The notes: generated from the letters alone by a model not told the origin. A DNA stretch of 64,000 nucleotides from an uncultured delta proteobacterium (GCA_963850305.1 CAWKKR010000001.1:128001-192000); one strand, 5' to 3'. Positions 29,230-42,360 are shown, counted from the first letter of the stretch. A program made the numbers and translations.

Positions 29230-30550
29230 CTAGCCCGAAGACGTCGATCCCGGGCTCAGCACCGACGCGCCAATATCGTGCCGATACTGCATTCCGTCGA
29301 AGTGGATTCGCGCCACGGCGCGATACGCCCGGTCGGCTGCTTCGCGAAGCGAGGCGCCGTTGCCTGTCACCCCTAGAACGCGGCCACCGGCCGCGATCGT
29401 GCGGCCATCGGCGTCCAGCCGGGTTCCGGCATGGTATGCACTCACGCCCTCGAGCGTCGATACCTCGTCGAGCCCGGGAAATCGCCGCGCCGAGCTGCGG
29501 TTTCCCTGGATATCCTGGCGCAGCCAGGACCACGCAGAGCGAGTGGCGTGGGGACACGGTCAGCGCCCCGACGTCGAGAGCGCCGCGAGCCGCGCCGTCG
29601 AGCGCGTCGGCGAGATCCCCGTCCAAGACCTCCATCAGGACTTGCGTTTCCGGGTCGCCGAAGCGCACGTTGAACTCGAGGAGATACGGCTCGTTCGCGT
29701 TCGTGATCATCAGACCGGCGAAGAGGACCCCACGATACGGGTTCCCTTCGCTGGCCATTCCCGAGATGGCACGTTCGAAGATCTCGCGGCGGATCTTCTC
29801 TCCTAGCTCCGGCGTGACCAGCGGCGCCGGGGCGTACGTTCCCATCCCGCCGGTGTTCGGTCCGCGATCGCCGTCGCCGATTCTCTTGTGATCCTGAGCG
29901 CTCGGAAGCATCGACACCCGCTCTCCGTCGGTGATCGCATGCACGCTCGCTTCGCGACCGAAAATACGCTCCTCGACGACGACAGTCCGACCCGCGTCGC
30001 CGAAGGCCTCTCCGCGAAGCATGGCCACCGCTGCGCGAACGGCTTCGTCGTGCGTCTCAGCAACGACCACCCCTTTGCCGGCGCAGAGGCCATCCGCCTT
30101 GACCACCGGGGGTGTCGAAAAACTCCGGATCACGGCATCGGCCGATGTCTCATTTCGGAGCACCTCGTGACGCGCAGTGAGAATGCCGTGGCGTCGTACG
30201 AAGTCCTTCATGAACGCCTTGGAGCCCTCGAGACGCGCGGCCGAGCGACTGGGACCGAACGCGACGACGCCCGCCCGCGAGAGACAATCGATCAGCCCGT
30301 CGCATAGCGGCACCTCGGGCCCCACGACGACGAGATCGACGTGCTCCGTCCGCGCCAGCTCCACGATGTCGCCCGAGCCCGAGAGCGAGCGGAGTGATTT
30401 GCCTGCGACGGTTCCGCGCGTCCCGGCGTTGCCGGGCGCGACGAGGACCTCCGCTACCGATGCGGACCGGGCAAGTCTCACAGCGAGGGCGTGCTCGCGG
30501 CCCCCCGAGCCCACCACGAGGACCTTTCGCCGCGACGGGTCGACGTTCAC
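29230..30550 (-). CDS. purD: Phosphoribosylamine-glycine ligase, split by +1 frameshift
   Basis: GSGGREHAL, LEGSKAF, KADGLCAGKGV, QDHKR, NTGGMG, EFNVRFGDPETQ, then YHAGT..GGRVL..YRHDIG in another frame; shift about 29476-29483. Confidence 0.95.
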
Positions 30551-30942
30551 ACGTTCCGGCTACCACGACCCGTCCGGCGAATGAACGGAGGCAATGTCGA
30601 AACACGCACGGTGAGCCGAGATTCCGCGGAAAAGCGCCGCCTTGATTGGAAGTCGGGCCGGGTCAGCTAGCGGGCATGGGAGAGGCGCCGGCGGAAGCCG
30701 GCAGATTCGGGAGCCCCATACCCGCGAACCACGCCCCGCTCGAGCGAAACCGCCCCGGCGGTCCCGCTCCCGCTCGCCCGGATCCCGCCCCGGAACCAAT
30801 CCCGCGCCCCAAACCGACCCCGGCATCGCCCGGCGGAGGCGCGCTCGACCGGTCACCCATCGAGAGTGGGGAAAAGTGCTCCGGGGCTTCCAAACTGGAC
30901 GAGGGAGCCGGTATAGTTGGAGGTCCGTTCAGAGGAGTCGCC

Positions 30943-31530
30943 ATGCGAGAGCCGTCGACGCTGCGTATCGAGAGACCGTACTCCTCGGTGAGCGCCTATC
31001 TCGAGGGAGATGCGTGGACGGTCGACCGCTCGGACATGCTGCTCGTCGGCGTGAGCGGCGTCGCGGCGGGCACCCCCCTGAAGTTCGAGATCGTTCTCTC
31101 CGATGGCACTTCCGTGGTGTCCGGAGAAGGTCGGATGGGTGACCCCGTCGCTGCCGTCGGCGATCGGCCGGGGGGCACACGCATCCGATTTCGACAACTC
31201 GACGCGGCTTCGAAGGGACTCCTCCGGCGCGCGCTCAATCAGCGGAAGCGCGGCGCGGCGACGCCTGCGAACGGCGTGCCCGACGAACCGCAGCGGGCGG
31301 AGGCAGCTTCCGCGGAGAACGCCGGACGCCCGGAAGAGTCGGCTCCCCTCCCGAAAGCGCCCGGAGTGACGTCCGTTGCGCGCTCCAGAGCCGAGCCACC
31401 CCAGGATGATCTCACGAGCGGCGTACGACACCGCATCACCGCGACGATCACGGCGCCCGGGAACCGGGAAGCGTTGCTCGACCGCCTCCGTGAGCGACGC
31501 GCGGCGGGCGCGCGAGGCGGCAAGAAGTAG
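30943..31530 (+). CDS. PilZ-like domain protein with disordered C-terminus
   Basis: AGGAG RBS; GTPLKFEIVLSDG..GEG..GTRIRFRQLD resembles myxobacterial PilZ-type domains; no RxxxR motif. Confidence 0.6.
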   Translation: MREPSTLRIERPYSSVSAYLEGDAWTVDRSDMLLVGVSGVAAGTPLKFEIVLSDGTSVVSGEGRMGDPVAAVGDRPGGTRIRFRQLDAASKGLLRRALNQRKRGAATPANGVPDEPQRAEAASAENAGRPEESAPLPKAPGVTSVARSRAEPPQDDLTSGVRHRITATITAPGNREALLDRLRERRAAGARGGKK

Positions 31531-31548
31531 TCGACCTCCGCGCGAGCA

Positions 31549-32538
31549 TCACACAGGCATCGGGGGCGCCGCGGGAGCAAGCGAACGCGGGCGCGCGTGG
31601 GCGCGTCGAACCAATCGATCGCAGAGCGACGGGAACGAGATCCCGGCCGCCGCAGCCGCCTCGGGGAACAGGCTCGTCGCCGTCATGCCGGGCAGCGTGT
31701 TGACCTCGAGCAGGGTGAGCTGGGCGGTGACGTCGTCGACGACGAAGTCGACCCGCGACAGGTCGCGGCAACCAAGGACGCCGTGGGCGCGCACGGCCAT
31801 TTCCTGGATACTGCCGAGAAGGGCCGGCGTGAAGGGTGCCGGACACTGGTGTACGCTCCCCGACGGTGCGTACTTGGAGCTGAAGTCGTACCAACCTGCG
31901 CGCTGCGGGGTGATCAACGTCGGCGGCAATGCGTCCGCGCTGCCGCCCTCGGTCTCGAGCACCGCACAGGTGACCTCCTTGCCGGTGACCATCCGTTCGA
32001 CGAGCACCGACCGATCGAGCGAAAGGGCGACGCGGAGCGCTTCTTCGAGCGTGCTGTCCGGCGCATCCGCAGCCACGGGAGTCACGCCGATTGCGGAGCC
32101 GCCAGCGCCTGGCTTCACGACGACCGCACGCCCGAGCGCTGCCCGGATGCGACTGGCGGCGCCGGCAAGCTCCGCTGGCGCGCCGATCACGACGTCGGCG
32201 GCCAGAGGCAATCCCGCGCGCTGGAACTGAGCCTTCGCGTGGGGTTTGCTCATGGCAAGTGCGCTGGCCAGAACACCCGAGCCGACGTACGGCACCCCGA
32301 GAATCTCGAGCAGACCCTGGAGGCATCCGTCTTCCCCGAGCCGGCCATGAACCGCCGGAAACACGACATCGTACGAGCCGGCCGCAAGGTGGCGCGCCAG
32401 CTCGGCATCGAGTTCCACGACCCGTGGAGCGTGTCCCGCATTCCGCAGAGCCTGTTCGACACCGGCGGCCGACGCTCGACTAACCCCGGCTTCGCTCGAC
32501 GCCCCTCCTGCAACGACGGCGACTCGGAGCCGGCTCAC
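31549..32538 (-). CDS. ddl: D-alanine--D-alanine ligase
   Basis: GGASSEAGVS, HGRLGEDG, GSAIG, YDFSSKY, RVDF, LEVNTLPGMT. Confidence 0.95.
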   Translation of the reverse strand: MSRLRVAVVAGGASSEAGVSRASAAGVEQALRNAGHAPRVVELDAELARHLAAGSYDVVFPAVHGRLGEDGCLQGLLEILGVPYVGSGVLASALAMSKPHAKAQFQRAGLPLAADVVIGAPAELAGAASRIRAALGRAVVVKPGAGGSAIGVTPVAADAPDSTLEEALRVALSLDRSVLVERMVTGKEVTCAVLETEGGSADALPPTLITPQRAGWYDFSSKYAPSGSVHQCPAPFTPALLGSIQEMAVRAHGVLGCRDLSRVDFVVDDVTAQLTLLEVNTLPGMTATSLFPEAAAAAGISFPSLCDRLVRRAHARPRSLAPAAPPMPV

Positions 32539-32972
32539 GTCGTCTCCTCCGGACAGTGAACGAGCTCGAGCCCCAGCTGTCGCGAGAAGTCGAAGATGCG
32601 TTCGTCCCGGTAAAACTCCCCGAACGCGATCCTGGAGAGACCGGAATTCGCGATGAGCTTGAAGCAACCGAAGCATGGGGATGCCGTGACGTAGATGCCG
32701 GCGCCTTCGACGGTGACGCCATTGCGCGCGGCCTGAACCAGCGCGTTTGCCTCCGCGTGCGTGGTACGAACACAGTGCCCGTCTTCCATCAGATGTCCGA
32801 CGTCATCGCAGTGCGCCAGGCCCCGGATCGATCCGTTGTACCCCGTGGTGAGGATCATCCGATCACGCACGATGACGGCTCCGACGTGTTTACGATCGCA
32901 AGTCGAACGGGTCGCCACCTGACGGGCAATGGCCATGAAGTACTCGTCCCAGCTCGCCCTTCCCTTCGTCAT
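32535..32972 (-). CDS. dCMP deaminase/ComEB family
   Basis: WDEYFM, RSTC, TGYNG, HAEANA, SPCFGC. Confidence 0.93.
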   Translation of the reverse strand: MTKGRASWDEYFMAIARQVATRSTCDRKHVGAVIVRDRMILTTGYNGSIRGLAHCDDVGHLMEDGHCVRTTHAEANALVQAARNGVTVEGAGIYVTASPCFGCFKLIANSGLSRIAFGEFYRDERIFDFSRQLGLELVHCPEETT

Positions 32973-33028
32973 AGCGTTACCTCTCTCTCCGATTTTTCCG
33001 GCCTATACCGCGGAACCACGGTGCGGCG

Positions 33029-33688
33029 GTGTCCCAATTGGCGAGTCCGCGTACGTATCGCTGGATTGGCGGCGCGGATCGGCTTGACCGCGAGGGGTGC
33101 CCGTGGCTTCTTCGGCCCGTGTTTCGGCGCTTCCTCCATCGTCCCCTGCGCGTACTCGGCTTCACGTGCGGGGCGGCATGGCTGGGCACAGCGGCGGCGC
33201 TTCCCGCGGGACCGACGGCCAGCCAGCGCTTGACGGCGCTTCGAGCCGAAACGGCTCATGCCGCAATGCTCGCCGAACCCCTCCGACGAGCACAGGCGTC
33301 GCTGGACCGTGCGCGGACCGCCGAGCAGGCGCGCGACACGGCTCATGCAGCGAGATGGCGCGCTGCCGCAGAGGAGTGGCTAGGAGTCGCCACGGACCTT
33401 CTTCGAGCCGCGGCCGCCGAGCAGAAGGCTGGCGGAACGGAAAAGACTCTCGATGATTTGAACACCAAGGTCGTGCGCGAGCAAGCCTTGCTCGAGGAAA
33501 CGGTCGCCCGCCGAGGTAGGGCCCAGAAAGCTTTGGATGAGCTCGACCAGAGTGGAGCCGCGGGCGCGTCGGAACAGCCGCCTACTTTGCCAGCAAAGCC
33601 AGGACCGCAGGCAACTCGACCCGCGACCCCGAACGCGCACGAAGCCAAGCCGGGCCCGTCGTCCGCGCCGGCAGCAGCTCCCAAATGA
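33029..33688 (+). CDS. Hypothetical coiled-coil exported protein
   Basis: Ala-rich helical region with Pro/Ala tail; ATGA overlap with next gene; start uncertain. Confidence 0.55.
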   Translation: MSQLASPRTYRWIGGADRLDREGCPWLLRPVFRRFLHRPLRVLGFTCGAAWLGTAAALPAGPTASQRLTALRAETAHAAMLAEPLRRAQASLDRARTAEQARDTAHAARWRAAAEEWLGVATDLLRAAAAEQKAGGTEKTLDDLNTKVVREQALLEETVARRGRAQKALDELDQSGAAGASEQPPTLPAKPGPQATRPATPNAHEAKPGPSSAPAAAPK

Positions 33689-34755
33689 TGACCCTCGTCC
33701 TGCTCATCGCGACGTTGACCGTCGCATGCACTCCCACACCTCGTCCGGCAATCCTGGATGAGGTCGCCAGGATGGGTGGCTCCGGGTCGGCGACGGAGGC
33801 GGCGCAGCTCGCGCCGCAGGCTTCCCTTCACGCCGCAAAGGTCGGAGACGACGCGGAGAAGGCCTTCAGGGACGGGGACCTCGTCGGCGCGGAAGCGCTC
33901 GCGGAAGAGGCGCTCGCGGCTTACGCACACGCCGAGGTACTGGCGCGACTCGCCAGGGCGGATGAACGGTCGGAGAGCGCCGCTTCGCACGTCGCGCAGG
34001 TGCAAACCGAGTTCGCGACGCTCGACACGCAGCAACACGAGGTAGCGGCAGAGGCCGACGACGCCGAAGCCCGATTCAAGGTGGCGCGAGATGCCGTGCC
34101 CCTGGCCACGACCGAACCTGGGACGCCCGAACGCGAGCAAGCGCGCCTCGCCGCGGCGAAATCCCTCTCGGTCGAAGCCCGGTTGCTTTGCGTCGCGGCC
34201 CAGATGCTGGCGCCCGATACGCAGGGGGTCGCCGACGACTTCAAGGCCATCGACGCCCTCGACGCGGGACTGGCAAAAGCGCCCTCTCACCCGGCCATCG
34301 ACACGGCCGTGCGCTTGCGGTCTGCGTGCCTAGGCGAGCTGACGTCCGTGCGACGGAGCGCCGCCGACGACGCCCCCGAGCGCGGCGCCGCCGACGCACT
34401 CCTGGATGAACTGGGCAAGGCCGGCTTGAGTCCGTCGCGCGACAATCGAGGGGTCGTCGTCGCGCTGCGGGAAGCCTTCCAGGGCAATACCCTCCGTCCG
34501 GAGGCGCACGAGCGGGTGGTGGCACTCGGCCAGGTCGCGCGCGCGCACGCGACCTTCCCGCTACTGGTGGTGTCTCACGCGGCGGGCTCGTCGAATCGGA
34601 TCGATGACATCGTGAAGGTTTTAACGGAAGCCGGCGCGCCGAAAGTCCGCGCGACCCGGGCTGGCAACGCGCTGCCTCTCTCGCCCCCGGGCCGCCCCGG
34701 GGCATCCGCGTCGAATGAGCGGATCGAGATCGTTTTCGTCGCGCCGAGCAACTGA
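33685..34755 (+). CDS. Coiled-coil lipoprotein with degenerate OmpA-like C-terminal domain
   Basis: TVAC lipobox; RGVVVAL..F; G..LP..NERIEIVF. Confidence 0.7.
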   Translation: MMTLVLLIATLTVACTPTPRPAILDEVARMGGSGSATEAAQLAPQASLHAAKVGDDAEKAFRDGDLVGAEALAEEALAAYAHAEVLARLARADERSESAASHVAQVQTEFATLDTQQHEVAAEADDAEARFKVARDAVPLATTEPGTPEREQARLAAAKSLSVEARLLCVAAQMLAPDTQGVADDFKAIDALDAGLAKAPSHPAIDTAVRLRSACLGELTSVRRSAADDAPERGAADALLDELGKAGLSPSRDNRGVVVALREAFQGNTLRPEAHERVVALGQVARAHATFPLLVVSHAAGSSNRIDDIVKVLTEAGAPKVRATRAGNALPLSPPGRPGASASNERIEIVFVAPSN

Positions 34756-34908
34756 CGCGGCCTGCTCGGCGCAGGCTCCGGCCACTAGTGGTCTGCGGGA
34801 CTTCTGCAGGCCGAAGTCGGTGTGACCTTCATTCTAGCCGGAACGGAAAGCAGGGGCCCCCCCTTTACGATTCGTGGATCTGGTTGAAACTGTAGATCAC
34901 GGCGGAGC

Positions 34909-36045
34909 ATGGAACGCGACGCAGTGTTGGGAGAGAAGATCGTCTGGCGAGGCGGGCCGCGGGTCATAGAGGCGCCCGTGACGATGCGCGTTGCCGCGCT
35001 CGCCTTCCTTGCGATCGCAGCCGTTTCGCTGTGTTTCGCCATCGTGATCTCCGTCTCTCTCCACGTCACCCCGATCGAGCCGATGCTCTTTGCCGGATGG
35101 GCGGCGGCCCTCAGCGTGATTGCGATTCAGGGGCCGAAAATCTGGCTCGAGAAGATCGAATACCTCGTGACTGAACGGCACGTCGTGATCCAGCGCGGGC
35201 CGTTCCGGCGTTCGATAGAGCGACAGGCCATCAGCTTCGCGCGGATCCGATGGAACGCGTCGCATCCGGGAGTCGGGGACATCGATCTCGTGCGAGCCGT
35301 GCCAACGGGGGCGCTCCGACGACGGCTCCTGTTGCAATTCCGCGGTGTGGCCGTACCGGATCGGGTCTGGGCGATCGTCAGGGGCGTAGAAAACTCGATT
35401 GGCCCGCACGCCGGCGACAGACCCCTCACGCAGCGGCTCGACGACGGCGAGCGCGTGATCTGGTCCGCGCAGCCGCGCCGCACCAGCCACGCGCACGTCC
35501 CGCGCGGCCGTCGAGAGATGAGCGTACTCGGCCTGTCGCTGATCCTTTTCTTCACGTTCGTCACGATGGTCGCTCGTGCGATCCCCAACGTCAAAGTGCT
35601 CGCGGCCGCGGGCCTTCACCGGGCCGCGTTCGCCGCCCTCCTCGCGGGCGAGGGCATCTCCGCGACGCTCGTGCTCGGCTTTGCCACCTATCTCGCCATC
35701 GACGGACTCATCACGCCCCTTCGCCAACTCGACCGGACGCGGTACCTCATCACGAACCGGCGCGTGCTGATTCAACGCGGCCGCGAAGAGCTACACCTCG
35801 ACCGCGAGCAAATCGTCGACGTCATCCCCACGCGCGGCGCGAGCGGTATGACGGACATCTTCCTCGTTCTCGACGGTCCGCGAGCGCGCGCACTCGCCAT
35901 GGGGGGCGCATTCGGAGAAGGCGAGATGGGCCCACAGCTTCGCCCGGTTCTCGAGTCCGTTGAGGACGCGGAAAGCGTGAGCCGCATCCTGCTGTCGCGC
36001 TCGCCGACTCCCTCCCGTCCTCCCGAGTCACGCCAAGCCGCGTGA
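34909..36045 (+). CDS. Membrane protein with two bacterial PH (bPH_2-like) repeats
   Basis: Duplicated GEKIVW.G.P / GERVIWSAQP and YLVTERHVVIQRG / YLITNRRVLIQRG, each with a TM pair. Confidence 0.75.
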   Translation: MERDAVLGEKIVWRGGPRVIEAPVTMRVAALAFLAIAAVSLCFAIVISVSLHVTPIEPMLFAGWAAALSVIAIQGPKIWLEKIEYLVTERHVVIQRGPFRRSIERQAISFARIRWNASHPGVGDIDLVRAVPTGALRRRLLLQFRGVAVPDRVWAIVRGVENSIGPHAGDRPLTQRLDDGERVIWSAQPRRTSHAHVPRGRREMSVLGLSLILFFTFVTMVARAIPNVKVLAAAGLHRAAFAALLAGEGISATLVLGFATYLAIDGLITPLRQLDRTRYLITNRRVLIQRGREELHLDREQIVDVIPTRGASGMTDIFLVLDGPRARALAMGGAFGEGEMGPQLRPVLESVEDAESVSRILLSRSPTPSRPPESRQAA

Positions 36046-36124
36046 TCCCCTCCGGTCGTCGACCGTACTCGACGCTCATTACCCTCCTCGCCCGGCAGGC
36101 AGCGCGGATCCAGGGAGTCCCGGG

Positions 36125-37090
36125 TCAGTGCTTGTCGAGCCGACGCTGGCACCACTTGAGTTGATGCTCCGCGTTCGCGGTCCAGCGATCGCCGTGGGCA
36201 CGGGCCTCGGTGAGATAGATCGACCAGTGAAGGCTTGCGGCTTCGAGAGCGCCCTGCCTCTCCTTCGGATCGTCGGTGTACTGCGCGACGGCCATGGCGC
36301 CGAGAGCCCGGTAGTAGAAGATCTCGTAGTCCGGCGTGAAGAACACGGAAGGGAGATCAATGGCCGCGACGAGCTTCCCGTCGAGGTTGCGGGAAGGAAA
36401 CTGCACGGCTTCCCAGGCGTAGCGGAGCGCCTCCGGCAGATCGTCGTCGCGGGCGAGTGCAACGGCGAGCCCCCACGCAGCGAGCGCACGAGAGGTCGCG
36501 TCGTCCGCGATCGCCAGTGAAACGAGGTAATCGGCGCGCGCGACCCGCAGAGCTCCGAGCGACATGCTCGCCTCCCCACGATTCGCGTAGATGTCCGCGC
36601 GCGCGTTCCTGTCCCACTCGGATCGCAGTGCCTCGGTGTAGGCGTCTCGCTCGGACGCAAAATCGTGGAGCCGGTCGGAAGCGATCGCGACTTTGAACCA
36701 CGCATTCGCGGCCTCCGGGGAGTCCGGGTCCGCGGCGAGCGCTTTCCGCAGGAGCTCCCGCGCGCGTTCGTCGTCTCCATGATCGCCCACGACCAAGGCG
36801 TCACCGAGGTAGTACCAGAGCTCGGGACTTCGAAGCGCTGCGGCGCCGGCCGTCTGGAGGACCGAGACCGCGCGGAGGGCCAGCAGCTTCTCTAGCTCGG
36901 GGAGCTGGTCGATCGATTCCGGGGGTAAGTCCTTTGGCTCGCGTGCGTGATAGGCCTTCACCAGCGCGCGCTCGGCCTTGTCGGCGTCGGGATCGCGGAT
37001 TCGGTCCCACCGCGATGGCCCGGCGCTCGCAGAAACGGCGACGGTCAAGCCGAGCGAAACGACGCGAAGGACGTGGCCGAAACCGCTCAC
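36125..37090 (-). CDS. Secreted TPR protein
   Basis: Signal peptide; TPR-like helices (WYYLG, AWFKVA, IYANRGEA). Confidence 0.8.
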   Translation of the reverse strand: MSGFGHVLRVVSLGLTVAVSASAGPSRWDRIRDPDADKAERALVKAYHAREPKDLPPESIDQLPELEKLLALRAVSVLQTAGAAALRSPELWYYLGDALVVGDHGDDERARELLRKALAADPDSPEAANAWFKVAIASDRLHDFASERDAYTEALRSEWDRNARADIYANRGEASMSLGALRVARADYLVSLAIADDATSRALAAWGLAVALARDDDLPEALRYAWEAVQFPSRNLDGKLVAAIDLPSVFFTPDYEIFYYRALGAMAVAQYTDDPKERQGALEAASLHWSIYLTEARAHGDRWTANAEHQLKWCQRRLDKH

Positions 37091-38041
37091 GGCGCGCGCG
37101 GCCTTCCCCGGAGAAGCGCGTCACGTTCTCCTCGCGCGTGCGCCGCATTGGGACCCTTGCCGATGTCGCCGTCCAGATACGATTTCCATCGCACGAGCGA
37201 CAGATCCCGATCGCGACGCTCCGCCAGCTCCGCGATCATCGCGTCCAGTTCCCCCGACGGAAGGTCGGGCGCGGCGCCCCCGGGGTGCGACCGCTCGGCT
37301 TCGAGCTGCCAGGGGCCCGAGGCACGCTCGGCCGCGGCCGTGGCTTCCGAAGGCGCGCCTGCTCTGCTCCGGGCGAGCGCGGTGGCCCCCCAGAGATAGT
37401 CCGAGCCGTCAGCAAGCGGACTCGAGCGAGCGCCCTCCGTCAAATATCCGAGTGCCTCCGCGAGGTGACCCGGGCCCAATGACATTGCAAGCACGCCCGC
37501 CTCGATGTACACGCGGAGCGTCGCACGAGCATCGTCGAGCAGCCCGAGACGCGACACCAGCAGGCGGTACGCGTCGAGCGCGGTGTCAGCGTGATGCGTA
37601 CGGAGCGCGGCGATCGCGAAGTCGTGAAGCACGTCGGGTGCGTCGAAGGATTCGAGGTGACGTCCTCCGAAGGGCGGCGAAGCGCGTCCAGGCTTCGCCG
37701 AAGGCACGCAGACGAACCTCGGCGCGCGCGGCGAGCAGCAACGTAGCGGGACGCCCCGGCTCGACGCGCTCGGCCACGGCGGCGTCGTCGAGCGCCGCTC
37801 GGGGCGCCACTCGAAGTGACGTGTAGCCGCCCGCGAGAGCGGCGCAAAACTGGTCGAGATGCGGCTCTCTCGCGCGCTCCCAGCGCGAGGGAGGCGTGCG
37901 TGTCCCTCCTCCGCATTCTTCGGGACGCGGACCGGCCTGCGCAATCGCGGCAAAGTCCGGAGGCTCGCGCGCGATCCCGGCCGAACAGACCGTCACCGCC
38001 GCAGCGACGATCGACATCAGGACGCCTACCCGTCGACTCAA
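37087..38041 (-). CDS. Secreted TPR-like protein, split by +1 frameshift
   Basis: ..FAALRRTSPR|SFDAPDVLHDFAIAAL..; restored by GATTC->GATC at 37649. Confidence 0.75.
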
Positions 38042-38060
38042 GGCAGAGAGCGTACCCGCG

Positions 38061-40701
<2,641 letters not shown>

Positions 40702-40801
40702 GTGACCGAGCGGTGGAGCCTAGCATTCTTCCAGCTGGCTTGTCGGCAGGCGCGGTCGAAAGTAAGCACCGAGGAACGTCGAAAGGTAGCCGCGAGAAGC
40801 C

Positions 40802-41569
40802 ATGAACAGAGAACCGTCAGCGACTGGCGAAGTCGACTTGCGCGAACGCGGAGCCCCTCGCGACGGCGCGCCGCAGGAGATGGACCGCCGGCTCTTCATG
40901 CAGCTACTGGTCTTCGAAACGCCACCGGGAACTCTGCCATCGGCTGCCGCACGCTCCCTGGGCGAATGCCTCGCCGAGCACGATGTTTCATGCGTGATCT
41001 ACGAGGACGTCAACCATCCGGCAGGCCTTGGCCTCTTGACGTGGACGGAGCATCCCGCGGAGCTCGTGACACGTGTTCGGCCCGCGCTCGAAGGCGCGCG
41101 CGCCACGGCTCTCCGTGTTCGGCCCGATTTCACCATGCTCGGAAGGACGTATTCGACCGGCTATGAGCCAGATCTCGAATTTTGGTTGCTTCGGCGGCCC
41201 GTGGACACCGCGCTCAATCCGAATTGGCCGTGGGCGGTGTGGTATCCCCTCCGTCGCGGCGGCGCCTTCGAACGACTCGAGCCGCGTGAGCGTGGCGCGA
41301 TCCTCCGCGAACACGGTGAGATCGGCAAGGCCTACGGCGCGCAGGATCTGGCACACGACATTCGTCTCGCGTGTCACGGGCTCGACACGAACGACAACGA
41401 GTTCGTCATCGGGCTCATCGGCAAGGATCTTCACCCGCTATCGCACGTGGTCCAGGCGATGCGTCGCACCCGACAGACGGCGGAATTCATCGTCCAGATG
41501 GGCCCGTTCTTCGTCGGCCACGCGATGTTCCGTCATGCGAGCGCGGGAGGTCAGGCGACGAGCGAGTGA
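40802..41569 (+). CDS. Chlorite dismutase / coproheme decarboxylase (ChdC-like) family protein
   Basis: WYPLRR, ER..ILREHG.IG..Y, GLD..EF, MGPFFVG. Confidence 0.82.
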   Translation: MNREPSATGEVDLRERGAPRDGAPQEMDRRLFMQLLVFETPPGTLPSAAARSLGECLAEHDVSCVIYEDVNHPAGLGLLTWTEHPAELVTRVRPALEGARATALRVRPDFTMLGRTYSTGYEPDLEFWLLRRPVDTALNPNWPWAVWYPLRRGGAFERLEPRERGAILREHGEIGKAYGAQDLAHDIRLACHGLDTNDNEFVIGLIGKDLHPLSHVVQAMRRTRQTAEFIVQMGPFFVGHAMFRHASAGGQATSE

Positions 41570-42252
41570 TACGCCGCAGAGATCTGCGCGAAGCGGCGCA
41601 GGATGGCCGCCTTGTCGGCCGGGGCGGCCGACGGAAAACGATCCGGATGCATTCGCGAGGCGAGTTGCCGGAACGCGCGCTGCACGGAAACGAGGTCCGC
41701 CGTTTCCGTCAACCCCAGCGTCGCGAGTGCGCGCGCCCGGACGGGATCGCGACGCTTGCCGAACGCCCTGGTTGCACCTCGGTCGCGGCTCCGGGGGCGA
41801 CCGAGCAGGAATTCGTGCGGTTCGAGGGGTGCAGCGGGCGCGTTCGGGTGACCGCGTGCCACCCGAAACGCGAGGCGTGCGTCGTCGAGCGAAAATAGTC
41901 GTTCGAGTCGCTCGCGACGCTGGGCCCCGAGCGCCGTCATCACATCGCCGCGATCGACGACGCCCATCGCCACCAGCAGGTCGCCCGCACGCCGCGCGGG
42001 CTCGGACACGAGGAGCTGCTCGAGACGGATAAGTGCCCGACCATCGACCTTGCCACGCGCCCGGAGCACATCCCCCAGCCGCCCCAATCGTGACGGCGAC
42101 TCCACCTGCGCAACGAGGCCGTGCTCGAAGTGCACCCGGTGGACGGTTCCGGTGTTCGGTGTCAGCTCGAGGACGCCGGTTGCGCCCTCACGGTACACTG
42201 CGCCGAGCACGTCTCCGAGCGTCGTGAGCCGGAGTCGCCCCGGCAGGTTCAT
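41551..42252 (-). CDS. DUF4388-like + DnaJ domain protein
   Basis: N-terminal LGDVL..TGVLEL..F..G; C-terminal J domain FRQLASRMHPDR..ISAAY. Confidence 0.8.
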   Translation of the reverse strand: MNLPGRLRLTTLGDVLGAVYREGATGVLELTPNTGTVHRVHFEHGLVAQVESPSRLGRLGDVLRARGKVDGRALIRLEQLLVSEPARRAGDLLVAMGVVDRGDVMTALGAQRRERLERLFSLDDARLAFRVARGHPNAPAAPLEPHEFLLGRPRSRDRGATRAFGKRRDPVRARALATLGLTETADLVSVQRAFRQLASRMHPDRFPSAAPADKAAILRRFAQISAAYHSLVA

Positions 42253-42360
42253 CTCTCGCGTTTAATCCGTCGCGGAGGATCCGGCAAAGTTCATGCTAGA
42301 CGACCGTACCGACGATGAGCTCGGCCCCCGGGTGCCCGCGGGCGAGCCGCGCGACGGGAG

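Noticed and set aside
30646..30942. Pro-rich N-terminal extension of the PilZ-like gene
   Set aside because: Clear AGGAG RBS at ATG 30943; the upstream C-rich region is more likely the divergent intergenic region.
13871..38041. Programmed frameshifting or genome decay
   Set aside because: No slippery heptamers noticed, both halves of each gene are otherwise intact, and housekeeping genes (purD, sodB) are hit; sequencing error is more plausible.
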